Shown piece by piece: positions 7,140 through 17,564 of a stretch of 57,102 nt of DNA (the stretch's first letter is position 1; every line of letters begins with the position of its first letter). The position numbers were made by a program, and so were the translations under genes. The notes beneath the pieces were generated by a model. That model searched no databases, was not told the DNA's origin, and saw only the letters and a list, made by a program, of their open reading frames with translations. Where the stretch lies: positions 1 through 57,102 of the IMG/VR virus record IMGVR_UViG_3300014161_000001; one strand, given 5' to 3'. The stretch comes from a virus. Taxonomy: Duplodnaviria > Caudoviricetes.

Positions 7140-9954
7140 GAGTCAGCTCTCGGCCAAGGCGCAGGCGTCTCTCGGCCTGCCCGAGGGGATCAAGTTCTAC
7201 TCGCCGTTTCCGTTCGGCGGGATGAACGTCCAGGCGTCTTCGGTGGCGGTCGCCGACAACGAGTTTCTGTGGCTGGAAAACTTCGTCCGCCTCGGCGACG
7301 GCAATCTGCGCACGGTGTGGGACAGGGGCGCCTCGATCTACATTGCGCCGGGCGGATTGACGATCGTCTGGCACGTCTTCTTCAATATCGGCGCTGCCTA
7401 TTACTGCGCTGTGTTCTTGTCAGACGGATCGGCGGTTCAGGTGAGTATGGCGACGCTCGCTCAGGCGCAGATCGGCCCGCCGGGCCTGTTCTACGACGCG
7501 TCGACAGGCTACCTCCCCTACGCGCGCCAATGGGGGACACAATATCTCCTCATCAGCAACCGCAACACGGTCAACGACTACTGGGCGTGGGACGGCTCTC
7601 TGCTCTACGGCGCCGGCACAGCGGCGCCGAATGGCGTCGATATCCTGTCGGGCGGCGGGGGCTACGGATCGGCGCCGACGCTGACGGTCTATGGTGGGTT
7701 CGGTTCGGGGATCGAGATCGTGCCGGTCGTCATCGGCGGCGAGGTCGTCGAGATGAACATCGCGAGTCCCGGCTTGGGCTACGAGCCCGGCGATATCGTG
7801 CAGGTGGCGTTCAGCGGCGGCGGCTCGGATTCCTCGGCGATCCTCCAGGCCTCGCTCGCGCCGACGACGGTCGGCGGCGTGACGGTCACCGCGCCGGGGT
7901 CCGGCTACACGTTCGCCAGCGTTTGGTTCACCGGCGGCGGGGGCGGTTCGGGCGTTGCGGCGACGGCGACGATCGTCGGCGGAGCGGTGACGTCGATCGT
8001 GCTGACGAGCGCTGGGTCGGGTTATACCACGGCGCCGTCGGTGCAGGTGTTCGGGAACGGCTCCGGCGCGTTGGCGACTGCGGCGCTGACGCCGTCGGGC
8101 GTCTCGGCGGGTAGCGTCGTCAGCACGACGGTCGCATCCATAACGGTCGTCGGGGGCGGGTCGGGTTACACGCAGGTCGGCGTCTCGATCGTCGGCGGCG
8201 GGGGGTCCGGCGCTACGGCGACGGCGACGCTGTCGAGCGGCTCGATCAGCGAGATCACGATGGAGACGGCCGGGTCCGGCTATATTTCGACGCCCTCGGT
8301 CGTCATCGCCGGCGACGGCGCCAATGCGTCGGCGACGGCGGTGCTGACGTCGAGCGCGACTGTGCCGGGCGTCGCCGTGGTTAACGGCGGCAGTAACTTC
8401 ACCAGCGTGCCGACGCTGACGATCACGGGCGGTGGGGGGTCCGGCGCTACGGCCATTGCGCTCCTCGCGGCGACGACCGTCGCCTCGATCAACCTGACGT
8501 CTGGCGGCTCGGGGTACACCTCGGCGCCGACGATATCGTTCACCGGCGGCGGCGGATCGGGCGCCGCGGCGACGGCCTATCTCAGCGGCGGCCAGGTCGC
8601 CTACGTCGTCGTCACCAGCGCCGGCAGCGGCTACACGTCGCCGATCCAGGTTACGTTCAGCGGCGGAGGCGGCTCGGGCGCCGGCGCTACGGTCGTCTAT
8701 GCGCCGACGTCGATCAACTCTGTCGAGGTGATGAGCGCGGGCCGGTACTACACCACGGCGCCGGCGGTCGAGGTGTCGTCGGGGGCGAACAACGCCGCCG
8801 CGGCGACGGTCATGCTGATGCCGTTTGGGGTCAGCGGCTCGGTGCTAGAGACGTTTCTGTCGCGGGCCTGGGTCTACGACCCGGCGCCGTCGCTCTACTC
8901 GACGCTGCCGCCGGGCGGCGACTGGGAAGTCTCGGCGCCGGGCTCCTTCGTCGACTTCGCGACCTCCGATGGCGCTGTCAGCGCCGTCAATACCGACGCC
9001 TTTCTCAACACGCAGTATACCCAGGCGCGACAGTCCTCGGGCTACCTCTACGCGCTCGGCGACGGGTCGATCAGCGTCATCTCCAACGTCAACTCGTCGA
9101 GCTCGTCGAGCTCGTCGGGCTCGTCGGTGTCGACGACGTTCAACTACCAGAACGTCGACCCGCAGATCGGCTGCGCGTGGCGGGACTCTCTCCAGGACTT
9201 CGGCCGGTCGACGATATTCGCCAACGCGACGGGCGTCTACGGGCTCTACGGCGGCGCGGCGACTAAGATCAGCGGCAAGCTCGATCAGCTCTTCGCCAGC
9301 GCGGCGTTCCCCCCGACGGCGGGAGCGGCGACGCCCGCCGCCGCGGTGGCGACGATCTACGGCGTCAAGCATTACCTCCTGCTGATGACGGTGACCGACC
9401 CCGACACCGGCGCTCTGCGCAACGTCATGGCGACGTGGAACGAGAAGGAGTGGTTCGTCACCTCGCAGAGCGTGTCTCTGGCGTTCATCTCGACGCAGAA
9501 GCAGGGCAGCGAGTACGCCGCCTACGGGACCGACGGGTCCTCGATCTACCCGCTGTTCTCGGCGCCGTCCTCGTCGCTGCAAAAGCGCCTCGACACCAAG
9601 ATGTACGGCTCGGACCGCATCTTCGTCGAGAAGGCGGCGCAGGGCGTCTGGTTTCAGGCGCAGGACAACTCCGCCGGCGCGGTCGGCGTCTCTGGGACGC
9701 TGGCGGCGGTCGTCTCGGGGATGGGCGGCGGCGCGATCAACGGCTACGCGATCACCGCGCCCGAGGGGGTTTCGGCGCCGTTTCTCAACCAGGTCGCGTT
9801 CGCCTCTCCGCCGCCGTTCTGGAACGTCTGGGGCACGGCGATGGAGGGGAACGGGTTCTTCTCGATCGGCCTGCGATTCGTCAGCAGCAGCCCGGATTTC
9901 ACTCTCGCCGATCTCGTGATAGGCTACACGGAGCACGTCGCGTTCTTCGCGTGA
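7126..9954 (+). CDS. Tail nozzle / tubular protein B-like with internal Gly-rich repeat insertion
   Basis: 942 aa; FPFGGMN..WLENF N-terminus, beta-rich C-terminus; about 9 GSGYTxxPxVxxxGGGGSGAxA repeats. Confidence 0.65.
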   Translation: MPDSRSQLSAKAQASLGLPEGIKFYSPFPFGGMNVQASSVAVADNEFLWLENFVRLGDGNLRTVWDRGASIYIAPGGLTIVWHVFFNIGAAYYCAVFLSDGSAVQVSMATLAQAQIGPPGLFYDASTGYLPYARQWGTQYLLISNRNTVNDYWAWDGSLLYGAGTAAPNGVDILSGGGGYGSAPTLTVYGGFGSGIEIVPVVIGGEVVEMNIASPGLGYEPGDIVQVAFSGGGSDSSAILQASLAPTTVGGVTVTAPGSGYTFASVWFTGGGGGSGVAATATIVGGAVTSIVLTSAGSGYTTAPSVQVFGNGSGALATAALTPSGVSAGSVVSTTVASITVVGGGSGYTQVGVSIVGGGGSGATATATLSSGSISEITMETAGSGYISTPSVVIAGDGANASATAVLTSSATVPGVAVVNGGSNFTSVPTLTITGGGGSGATAIALLAATTVASINLTSGGSGYTSAPTISFTGGGGSGAAATAYLSGGQVAYVVVTSAGSGYTSPIQVTFSGGGGSGAGATVVYAPTSINSVEVMSAGRYYTTAPAVEVSSGANNAAAATVMLMPFGVSGSVLETFLSRAWVYDPAPSLYSTLPPGGDWEVSAPGSFVDFATSDGAVSAVNTDAFLNTQYTQARQSSGYLYALGDGSISVISNVNSSSSSSSSGSSVSTTFNYQNVDPQIGCAWRDSLQDFGRSTIFANATGVYGLYGGAATKISGKLDQLFASAAFPPTAGAATPAAAVATIYGVKHYLLLMTVTDPDTGALRNVMATWNEKEWFVTSQSVSLAFISTQKQGSEYAAYGTDGSSIYPLFSAPSSSLQKRLDTKMYGSDRIFVEKAAQGVWFQAQDNSAGAVGVSGTLAAVVSGMGGGAINGYAITAPEGVSAPFLNQVAFASPPPFWNVWGTAMEGNGFFSIGLRFVSSSPDFTLADLVIGYTEHVAFFA

Positions 9955-9965
9955 GGAGGTCTGCC

Positions 9966-10211
9966 GTGGCTAAGCGCACATCGGGCGTCGAGATGGACTT
10001 CGAGCGGGCGATTGGGCGCGGCGAGAACCCGCTCGGTCTCACCGCGCAGACGGTCAACGGCACGGCGCATTGGAGGGGAACGGGTTGGAACCGAGACGGG
10101 CCGAATTACGGCGTTATCCCTGACAGGGCGCCTGCCTGGACCTCGCCCGACCACCAGGTCCGGCCGGACGCGACGCGGCCTGACGGGCGCTCGAACCGAA
10201 CGGGCGAGTGA
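9966..10211 (+). CDS. Hypothetical protein
   Basis: GAGGAGG RBS, GTG start (MAKRTSGVEMDF...). Confidence 0.65.
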   Translation: MAKRTSGVEMDFERAIGRGENPLGLTAQTVNGTAHWRGTGWNRDGPNYGVIPDRAPAWTSPDHQVRPDATRPDGRSNRTGE

Positions 10212-10212
10212 G

Positions 10213-10545
10213 ATGCTGGCAGCGTTGGAGAATCTGCCGCGGACGCCTACCGAGTGGACGCGCTGGTCGTGGGACCACCGCGACAGTCACGACCGCATCC
10301 GCGCCGCGATCCTCGCACAGAAGAGCGTCAGGCTGAGCGACTATCAGGTCGATCCGATCGACCCCGGCGCGGTCTCGCTGTTTCTCCAGAACAACTCGCA
10401 GCTCCACGGCGACATGAACGGCAGCCTGGGGCTCCAGAGCTCCGATCTTCAGGACGTCGATCTCGGCGACGCCAGGCAGTTCGAGGCCTGGGTCCGCATC
10501 CACTACCTCGAGCATTTCTACGCCGAGGCGAAGCTGGAGATATGA
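10213..10545 (+). CDS. Hypothetical virion-module protein (His-containing)
   Basis: MLAALENLPRT...; ATGA overlap with next gene. Confidence 0.7.
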   Translation: MLAALENLPRTPTEWTRWSWDHRDSHDRIRAAILAQKSVRLSDYQVDPIDPGAVSLFLQNNSQLHGDMNGSLGLQSSDLQDVDLGDARQFEAWVRIHYLEHFYAEAKLEI

Positions 10546-11027
10546 TCGTGCTGGATAAAGCCGGCGCCGACTCGCGCGTCTCTCTCGCTGTCGAGCGCTT
10601 CCGCGACGTAATCGACGAAGCCCGGCCGCTGCTCCGCGAGCACTGGCGGGAGATCGCCATTCACCAGGACATTCCGCTCGATCCAGCCGACGACTACTAT
10701 GAGAAGATGGACGCCGCCGGCGCGCTGCGCATCTTTACTGCTCGCGTCGACGGGGCGCTGGCCGGCTACGCGGTGTTCGTGGTGCGGCCGCGCCACGCCC
10801 ACTATCGCATCGCCTGGGCGGTCAACGACATCGTCTGGGTGAGGCCCGACTGCCGCAACGCCGGCGTGGGTCGCGCGCTGCGTGAGTTCTGGGACGCCGA
10901 ACTCGCGGCTCTCGGCGTGGCGATCGTCCACGTCGACACCAAAATCGCCCACCCGGCGCTGCGCTTCCTCCTGAAGCGGGGCGGCTACAACCACATCGGC
11001 GATGTCATGGAGAAGAGGCTGGTCTGA
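10542..11027 (+). CDS. GNAT-family acetyltransferase-like protein
   Basis: DIVWVRPDCRNAGVGRAL acetyl-CoA motif A and FLLKRGGY; a position before ejection genes is common in podoviruses. Confidence 0.8.
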   Translation: MIVLDKAGADSRVSLAVERFRDVIDEARPLLREHWREIAIHQDIPLDPADDYYEKMDAAGALRIFTARVDGALAGYAVFVVRPRHAHYRIAWAVNDIVWVRPDCRNAGVGRALREFWDAELAALGVAIVHVDTKIAHPALRFLLKRGGYNHIGDVMEKRLV

Positions 11028-12169
11028 TGGGCTTTCAGGCGATCATCGACCCGATCGTCGCCGACATCGCCGGCGCCGCCAGCGCGGTCGGCGGGGCGCT
11101 CGGCTCGGCCGGCTCAGCGATTGGCGGAGCGCTCGGTCTTGGCGGCGCGGCGACCGACATCTCGGCTGGGGCCGGTGAGCTTCTCGGCATGGGCAGTTCG
11201 GCGGGCGTGGGCGCCACGACGGATCTGGCGTCGACGCTGGGCTCGGCGGCCGGCGCCACCGGCGCTTCGGCGGGCGCCTCGGCGGGCGCAGATTTTCTCA
11301 GTTCCGCCGCCGAGTCGCTCGGCGCCGGCGTGCCGGGCTCGACGACTTCGACCGCTGCTGTCGCCGCGCCGTCGACCGCGGCTGCGACGCCGAGCGCCGC
11401 CGCGCCGGCGACCGCCGCGCCCGCGACAGGCTCCGTCGGCTCGGCCGCGTCCGCCGCCGCGCCGGCGAGCGTCGCGGCGTCGCCGACGACAACCGGCGCG
11501 CTCGGGTCGGTCGACCCGTCGCTGATCCAGAGCGCCTCCGCGCCGTCCGCTCTGACAGGCTCCCCGAGCGCCGCCACCTCGCTGGCGTCCACGGCGGCGC
11601 CGACGGGTCTCGCCGCGCCGACAACCGCCGCGACGGCGCCGACCAGCGCTCTGACGGGGTCGGGCGTGCTTGGCGCGCTGAAGACCTACGGCCCTCTGGC
11701 GATGAGCGGCGTCGGGCTGTTGTCGTCCGCCCTGGAAGGGACGAAGACGCCGAAGTTCCAGGGTGCGGTCAGCGCCGAGGCGTCGCAGCTCGCGACGCAG
11801 GGCGCGCAGCTCCAGTCCTACCTGACGTCCGGCACGCTGCCGCCCGGCGTCTCGGCGGGCCTCCAGTCGGCGCACGACGCCGCAGCGGCGACGATCCGCT
11901 CCCAGTACGCGTCCCGCGGCCAGACCGGGTCGAGCGCCGAGGCGCAAGACCTCGCCAATCTCGCGACGACGACGGTCAGCCAGGGCGCTCAGATCGCTTC
12001 CAACCTGCTCCAGCAGGGGGTGAGCGAGAGCGAGTTCTCGGCGCAGCTCTACCAGAGCCTGATGCAGTCCTCGATGCAGCAGGACGCGGCGCTCTCGCAG
12101 TCGATCGCCAGCTTCGCCGGCGGCCTGGCGGGTCTGGGGCTGAAGAGCGCGCAGACGCCGGTGGGGTGA
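11027..12169 (+). CDS. Internal virion (ejection) protein
   Basis: Ala/Gly/Ser-rich, YASRGQTGSS motif, Gln-rich helix, hydrophobic C-terminus. Confidence 0.65.
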   Translation: MGFQAIIDPIVADIAGAASAVGGALGSAGSAIGGALGLGGAATDISAGAGELLGMGSSAGVGATTDLASTLGSAAGATGASAGASAGADFLSSAAESLGAGVPGSTTSTAAVAAPSTAAATPSAAAPATAAPATGSVGSAASAAAPASVAASPTTTGALGSVDPSLIQSASAPSALTGSPSAATSLASTAAPTGLAAPTTAATAPTSALTGSGVLGALKTYGPLAMSGVGLLSSALEGTKTPKFQGAVSAEASQLATQGAQLQSYLTSGTLPPGVSAGLQSAHDAAAATIRSQYASRGQTGSSAEAQDLANLATTTVSQGAQIASNLLQQGVSESEFSAQLYQSLMQSSMQQDAALSQSIASFAGGLAGLGLKSAQTPVG

Positions 12170-12172
12170 GCC

Positions 12173-14074
12173 ATGGTCTACGATCCGCTCTCCAGCGTCG
12201 CCGCTCCCGGCGCCGCGGCGCCGCTCGCGCCGGCGCCGAGCCCGCTCGCCGACTCCGACCAGCGGCTGAAGGCATTCGGCGCCAAGCAGGAGGAGCTGGC
12301 CAGCAAGATCGACACGATCCGCGCCGACACGGCGGCGCGCAACGAGAGGCTGGAGAGCTACTTCGACCAGAACAAGCCGCCGGTCTATAAGCCGCCGGCG
12401 CCGTTCAAGCCGCCGGAGGAGACCAGCCCGATCGAGGCCTGGGGGTCGCTGGCGATGGCCTTCGCCATGCTGGCGTCCCGCTTCACCCGGACGCCGATGA
12501 TGACGGCGATGAACGCCGGCGCCGCGGTGATGCAGGCCTTCAAGCAGAGAGACGTCGACCGCGCCAAGCAGGCCTACGAGCAGTGGAAGTCGGCCAACGA
12601 CCAAGCGCTCGACATGGCGAAGTACCAGCAGGCCGCTTACGCGAACCTGATGGCGACGGTCGAGCGGCGAGAGAAGAACAATATCGATCTCTCCAAGGAC
12701 GCGATGGCCGACGTGCGGGCGCAGATGACGGCGCTCGCCTCGGCGTTCAAGGACGAGACGATGCTGAAGCTCGGCGAGGAGCGCGATCTCAACGCGCAGC
12801 GGGCGGAGTTCGATCGGCGCCAGCACGAGATGGAGATGCTGAAGATCCAGTCGGAGAAGATCGACGCCGGCATGGCGAAGGTGCAGTCGGCGATCGACGG
12901 CGCCGTCGCGGAGCGCGACCTGAAGGCCACGCCGGAGTACAGGGAAGCCATCGCCTCGGGCGACACGATGGCGATGTACAAGATGCTCGCCGAGGCGAAC
13001 CCCGACAAGTACCTGGAGAAGTACCAGGCCGAGAAGGATCGGCAGGAGAAGTACGAGGAGAGCGCCGCGCACCAGGCGGCGACGCAGTTCGATCAATACC
13101 TCGCCTCTCCCGAGGGTCAGGCCGCCTCGCCGGAGGACCGGAGCAAGAAGCAGGCACAGATCTACGGCCTGTTCAAGTCGCAGGGCGGCGCGCGGCTGCT
13201 GCCGCCGCTGACTGAGGAGAACCGGCACTGGCAGGCGCAGGCGCTCGCCTCCTATGAGCTGCCGGCGCCGGGGCAGCTACAGATCGCGCGCGAGCAGGGC
13301 TGGGACGGGCCGGACGGCGCGCTCGCCGAGGCCAGGAAGATCAACCCCAGTTACAACCCGGCCAAGTATCAGGCGGTGCAGGCAGCGCGGCGCAAGTTGA
13401 CCAGCGGCAAGGACGCCGACGCCATCGCCTCCTACGTGCGGCTCGATCAGCACCTCGACTTCTTCAAGAGCCTCGTCGACAAGCTGTCCGACACGTCCGA
13501 CATCAAGCTGACCGACAGGCTCGCGGCGGAGTGGGGCCGGCAGACTGGCAACCCAAACGTCACTTCCTACGAGACGGCGCTGGCGCTGGTCGGCGACGAG
13601 ATCGTCAAGGCGGCGACCGGCGCGGGCGTCGCCGGCGCGCTCGGCGACCGCGAGGAGATCAAGAAGAATTTCGACCCGGCGCTATCCAAGGACCAGCTAC
13701 GCGCCAACATCAACGCGGTGCAGGTGCTGGTCGGCGGCGCCATGACGTCGACGATCAACAAATATCGCAACATCTTGTCGCCGCAGGAGATCACCGACGC
13801 GATCGGCTCGCGCGAGGTGATGGAGCGCTTCCACGTCGACCCGGACACCGGCAAGGCGCGGGTCGAGGGCGCCTACGACTTCGGCGGCCAGAAGTACAGC
13901 GTCGGGCCGGAGGGGATCAAGGAGCAGAGCGGCGCGCTGTCCGCGAGCGCGGCGCCGAGGCGCTCCGCCGAGCAGCTGTCCGGGAAGGCGCCGGTGGGCG
14001 TGGACGGCGCGGGTCGGAAGGTGTTCTGGCGGCGCGGCCGCTACGAATTCGAGGATGGGACGCCGGCGCAATGA
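12173..14074 (+). CDS. Internal virion (ejection) protein
   Basis: 633 aa helical/coiled-coil protein in the ejection gene cluster. Confidence 0.65.
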   Translation: MVYDPLSSVAAPGAAAPLAPAPSPLADSDQRLKAFGAKQEELASKIDTIRADTAARNERLESYFDQNKPPVYKPPAPFKPPEETSPIEAWGSLAMAFAMLASRFTRTPMMTAMNAGAAVMQAFKQRDVDRAKQAYEQWKSANDQALDMAKYQQAAYANLMATVERREKNNIDLSKDAMADVRAQMTALASAFKDETMLKLGEERDLNAQRAEFDRRQHEMEMLKIQSEKIDAGMAKVQSAIDGAVAERDLKATPEYREAIASGDTMAMYKMLAEANPDKYLEKYQAEKDRQEKYEESAAHQAATQFDQYLASPEGQAASPEDRSKKQAQIYGLFKSQGGARLLPPLTEENRHWQAQALASYELPAPGQLQIAREQGWDGPDGALAEARKINPSYNPAKYQAVQAARRKLTSGKDADAIASYVRLDQHLDFFKSLVDKLSDTSDIKLTDRLAAEWGRQTGNPNVTSYETALALVGDEIVKAATGAGVAGALGDREEIKKNFDPALSKDQLRANINAVQVLVGGAMTSTINKYRNILSPQEITDAIGSREVMERFHVDPDTGKARVEGAYDFGGQKYSVGPEGIKEQSGALSASAAPRRSAEQLSGKAPVGVDGAGRKVFWRRGRYEFEDGTPAQ

Positions 14075-16974
14075 GCCTCGTGGACGACGTCGCGCTCGAC
14101 CAGACGGCGCCCTGGGCGCCGAAGGTTCCGCTCGCGCCGGTCCCGGCGCAGCCGGCGGTGGGAGAGCCGAAGATCACGCCGGAGACGCATCCGCGCTTCT
14201 TCAGCGCGGTCGGGCCAGCGCCGGGCGTGAAGCCGCCGGAGGCGTCGGCGGAGAAGCCCCTGGCCGGCGACTATATGGCGGTCGTGCGGCGGCGCGAGAG
14301 CGGCGGGAACGACACGGCGGGCAATGGCGTCGCGTTCGGCCGCTACGCCTTCACGCCGAGGACGTGGCTCGGCGTCGCCGCGGCGCACTCCGAACTGGGG
14401 CTGAGGCCCGAGGACATCTGGAACGGCGAGAAGCAGGACCAGGCGATGCGGGCGTTGACTGCCGACAACGCGCGCGTTCTGAGGGAAGAAGGCCTCGATC
14501 CGTCTCCGGCCAATCTCTACGTGACGCACTTTCTCGGGACGGGCGGCGGGCCGAAGTTCTTGCGCGCGATGCAAGCCGATCCGTCTTTCAGCGCCGCGTC
14601 GCTGTTTCCGCTCGAGGCGCGCTACAATCCGACGATTTTCTTTCGCGGCGGAGATCCGCGCGCGCCGCGTTCTCTCGGAGATGTCTACGCTCTGATGACG
14701 CGCGACTTCGGCAGCGTCGCTCTCGACGCATCTCAGACGAAAAGCGTCGAAAACGCTTCGACGCAGATCGCGTCGAGCGCGACTTCCGACGCCGTCGACG
14801 AGGCTTCCCTGCCGCCGCTGCCCGCCGACGTGAAGCCGATCGAGAGTCCCGCGCCGAGCGAGACCCTGCCGCCGCTGCCGCCCGGCTTCAAGCTGATTGC
14901 GCCGGAGAACGCCTATCGGCAGGACGTCGGCGGCTACGAGAGCGAGGCCGCTAAGGACGCCGAGGCGCCGGGGTTCTGGAGCAAGCTGTCGTCGCCCGAG
15001 GCGTGGTTCGGACCCGGTGGGAGCTGGAAGAACCTCGGCGGTCTCATCGGTCCTGGCGCCGCGCCGGGCCACGAGGACGACTTCTCCAAGGCTTATCTCG
15101 GCGCCGAGTACGATTTGGCGCGGAAGGAGAGCGAGTTCGGCGCCGGGCTCGCGTCGGGCGTCGCCCAGGCGCCGATCGGCCTCGCCGAGGCCGTTCCTGG
15201 CGATATCGGCCAGGGCGCCGCCGAGGCGAATAAGTTGCTCCAGCGGGTCGGCTCGCCCGAGGCGCAGACCGTCGGCACGGTCGCCGCGCAGCTGGTTCCG
15301 ATCGAGCGCGGCGCCGAGGCGGCGGGCGCCGCCGCCAGGGGCCTGGTCGAGGAGGGGCCGAGACTCGCCAGCTGGGCGCGCGGCGCCGGCGAGGGCGCGT
15401 TGGGCGGCGCCACGGCGGGGCTGATGACGCCGACCGGCGAGACCGATCCGGGGAAGCGCGCCGAGGAGAAGATCGAGGGCGCGGCGATCGGCGGCGCGCT
15501 CGGCGCCGCCGCGGGCGGCGCGCTGCCGGGCGTCGCCGGCGCGGCGAAATGGGGCGCCAAAGAGTGGAGCGTGCTCACCGGGGCTACGGCGAGGAAAGCC
15601 GCCGAGGACGCCAGACGCCTCGCCGAAGAGCTGCGCAGCGGCGTCGACGCCGAGACCGGCAAGGCGATGACCGCCGACGCGACGCTGGCGAAGCTGGCGC
15701 AGATCGACAGGTTGAACGCGCAGGCCCAGGCGGCGAAGGACGAGGCTACCGCTACGGCGCAGCGAGCGAAGATCGAGGAGCATGCCTCGGGGCCGGTCTC
15801 GACGCCCGAAGCGCTCGGCGAGCAGATCCACCAGACGGCGGTCGCCGACATGGAGGCGTTGAGAGCCGAGCGCCGCGCGAAGTCCGGCTTCGACGAGGCC
15901 GTGAGATCGGACGGGCGGCGGCCTTCGGTGCCGACGGCGCGGTTCATCGACGACGCCAGGAGGATGGAGGAGGAAACCCGCAATCCGCAGCTGAAGAGCG
16001 CTCTCGCCCAGTTCCGCCGATCGCTGACCAACGCGGCCGATGTCAAGGGCCAGCCGGCGGTCAAGGCCGTCTCGATCTCGCAGGCGCGCGAGATCCTCCA
16101 GACGCTCAACGGCGAGATCGAGAACCTGGACGTCGGCGGCGCGCACAGGTTGGCCGAGATCCGCGATGTCTTCCTTGACAACCTGGAGAGGACGCACCCG
16201 AAGATGAAGGCGGCGCGCGAGCGGTACGCGGAGATGTCGCGGCCGCTCGACGTCTACGAGCGCACCGGCGCCCTGAAGAAGGCGGTGATGGAGGACCCGT
16301 ACTCCGGCGCCGCGACGATGGACCCGACGAGGATCAAGGCCGCCATTACCGGCAGGACGGCGGCGGGCGCCGAGGCGCTGAGGCGGCTGGTCGAGCGCAA
16401 CCCAGTTATTCGCGACTCGGTGCGCAACGTGCTGCGCGGCGAGCTCTACGGCGCCGGCGCCGCGGCGCGGACGCCGACGGCGAGTCAGCTGCGCTCGTTC
16501 CTGGCGAAGAACCGGCTCACGCTGGAGAAGACGAGCCTCTACGACGAGTTCGCCGCGATTAGGCCGAGCCTGGAGGCGGTCGAGGCGGCGCCGCGGCGCG
16601 CCGCGGAGACCGCGAAGAGCATCGAGAGCCTCGCCAGGAACAAGGCGACGGCGCTCGCCGCCCGCCGCGACCTGCGCCAGCTCCAGATCGAGATGAATGA
16701 ACCGAAGAACACGCCGGCGCAGATCGTCGCAGCGGCCGAGAGGACCGCTAAGTCGCTGTACGGCCGGGGCGCCTTCACCGAGGCGCAGTACCAGAGATTC
16801 ACCGGCGACCTCCGCGACGCGCAGCGCCGGATCGCCGAGGCCAAGGACGAGGAGGCGAGGCACAGGGCGGCGGTCGCTCTCGCCATCAAGGTCGGCGTGG
16901 CCGCCGGCGCCGCCGGCGCCGCCGGCGCAGTCGGCCGCGAGTTCATTCAGCACAGGATCTACCCGCACGGATGA
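14071..16974 (+). CDS. Large internal virion protein with lysozyme/transglycosylase-like domain
   Basis: ATG at 14071 (ATGA overlap); RRESGG..AFGRYAFTPRTW..LYVTHFLG muramidase-like motifs. Confidence 0.75.
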   Translation: MSLVDDVALDQTAPWAPKVPLAPVPAQPAVGEPKITPETHPRFFSAVGPAPGVKPPEASAEKPLAGDYMAVVRRRESGGNDTAGNGVAFGRYAFTPRTWLGVAAAHSELGLRPEDIWNGEKQDQAMRALTADNARVLREEGLDPSPANLYVTHFLGTGGGPKFLRAMQADPSFSAASLFPLEARYNPTIFFRGGDPRAPRSLGDVYALMTRDFGSVALDASQTKSVENASTQIASSATSDAVDEASLPPLPADVKPIESPAPSETLPPLPPGFKLIAPENAYRQDVGGYESEAAKDAEAPGFWSKLSSPEAWFGPGGSWKNLGGLIGPGAAPGHEDDFSKAYLGAEYDLARKESEFGAGLASGVAQAPIGLAEAVPGDIGQGAAEANKLLQRVGSPEAQTVGTVAAQLVPIERGAEAAGAAARGLVEEGPRLASWARGAGEGALGGATAGLMTPTGETDPGKRAEEKIEGAAIGGALGAAAGGALPGVAGAAKWGAKEWSVLTGATARKAAEDARRLAEELRSGVDAETGKAMTADATLAKLAQIDRLNAQAQAAKDEATATAQRAKIEEHASGPVSTPEALGEQIHQTAVADMEALRAERRAKSGFDEAVRSDGRRPSVPTARFIDDARRMEEETRNPQLKSALAQFRRSLTNAADVKGQPAVKAVSISQAREILQTLNGEIENLDVGGAHRLAEIRDVFLDNLERTHPKMKAARERYAEMSRPLDVYERTGALKKAVMEDPYSGAATMDPTRIKAAITGRTAAGAEALRRLVERNPVIRDSVRNVLRGELYGAGAAARTPTASQLRSFLAKNRLTLEKTSLYDEFAAIRPSLEAVEAAPRRAAETAKSIESLARNKATALAARRDLRQLQIEMNEPKNTPAQIVAAAERTAKSLYGRGAFTEAQYQRFTGDLRDAQRRIAEAKDEEARHRAAVALAIKVGVAAGAAGAAGAVGREFIQHRIYPHG

Positions 16975-17300
16975 GCGACCTGTTCGACGCGATCGACTCC
17001 GCCGCCGCCAAGCTGTTGGAGGCGGCTGGATTCGGTGATAAGGTGGAGGGCGTCGAGCCGCCGCGGGTCGATCTTCCCGATCGCGTCAAGGCGTTCCAGG
17101 CCGTGGTCGCCTGGGCCGAGACGCGCAACGACCTGAGACCGCCGGAGAAGGAGAAGTCGAAGTTTGACGATATCAGGCGAAAGTTCGGTGAGGCGGCTAA
17201 GCGTCGAGGACGTCCTGCCGCGGCCGAGAGCGGTTCCGCCGGTCCAGACGGCGGAGACGCCGCTCCCACCGCTCCAACCGCAGACCTCTTCGACGCCTGA
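16971..17300 (+). CDS. Hypothetical protein
   Basis: ATGA overlap with previous gene; typical codon usage. Confidence 0.7.
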   Translation: MSDLFDAIDSAAAKLLEAAGFGDKVEGVEPPRVDLPDRVKAFQAVVAWAETRNDLRPPEKEKSKFDDIRRKFGEAAKRRGRPAAAESGSAGPDGGDAAPTAPTADLFDA

Positions 17301-17502
17301 CGCCATCGTCGCGACCTTCAGGGCGCTGGGCTACGTGCTCAGCGCCCGTGCTCTCTTGCTGCTCGCGCTCGTCTTCTCCTTCGCTCTTGCGGTCATGGCG
17401 ATGCTCAGCCAGACCTTGTTCTCGCTCTACGTGCTCCTGGCGGGCTCGGCCTTCGCGGTCCTCCCCGTCGCCTACCTGGAGACCCGCCGTCGGTCGAATT
17501 GA
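17164..17502 (+). CDS. Two-TM membrane protein (start uncertain)
   Basis: Two hydrophobic stretches and basic C-terminus (ETRRRSN). Confidence 0.55.
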   Translation: MTISGESSVRRLSVEDVLPRPRAVPPVQTAETPLPPLQPQTSSTPDAIVATFRALGYVLSARALLLLALVFSFALAVMAMLSQTLFSLYVLLAGSAFAVLPVAYLETRRRSN

Positions 17503-17516
17503 TACCATAGTATCGA
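17500..17516. promoter_or_regulatory. TGATAC-N4-GTATCGA palindromic site, copy 1
   Basis: TGATACCATAGTATCGA; same motif at 51075-51091. Confidence 0.5.
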
Positions 17517-17564
17517 ATGGAGTCAAGCTAGAAAAGCGGTCCTCGCATAAAATGAGGTGACATC

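Noticed and set aside
9091-9126. TCGTCGAGC repeats
   Set aside because: Simply encode a poly-Ser linker.
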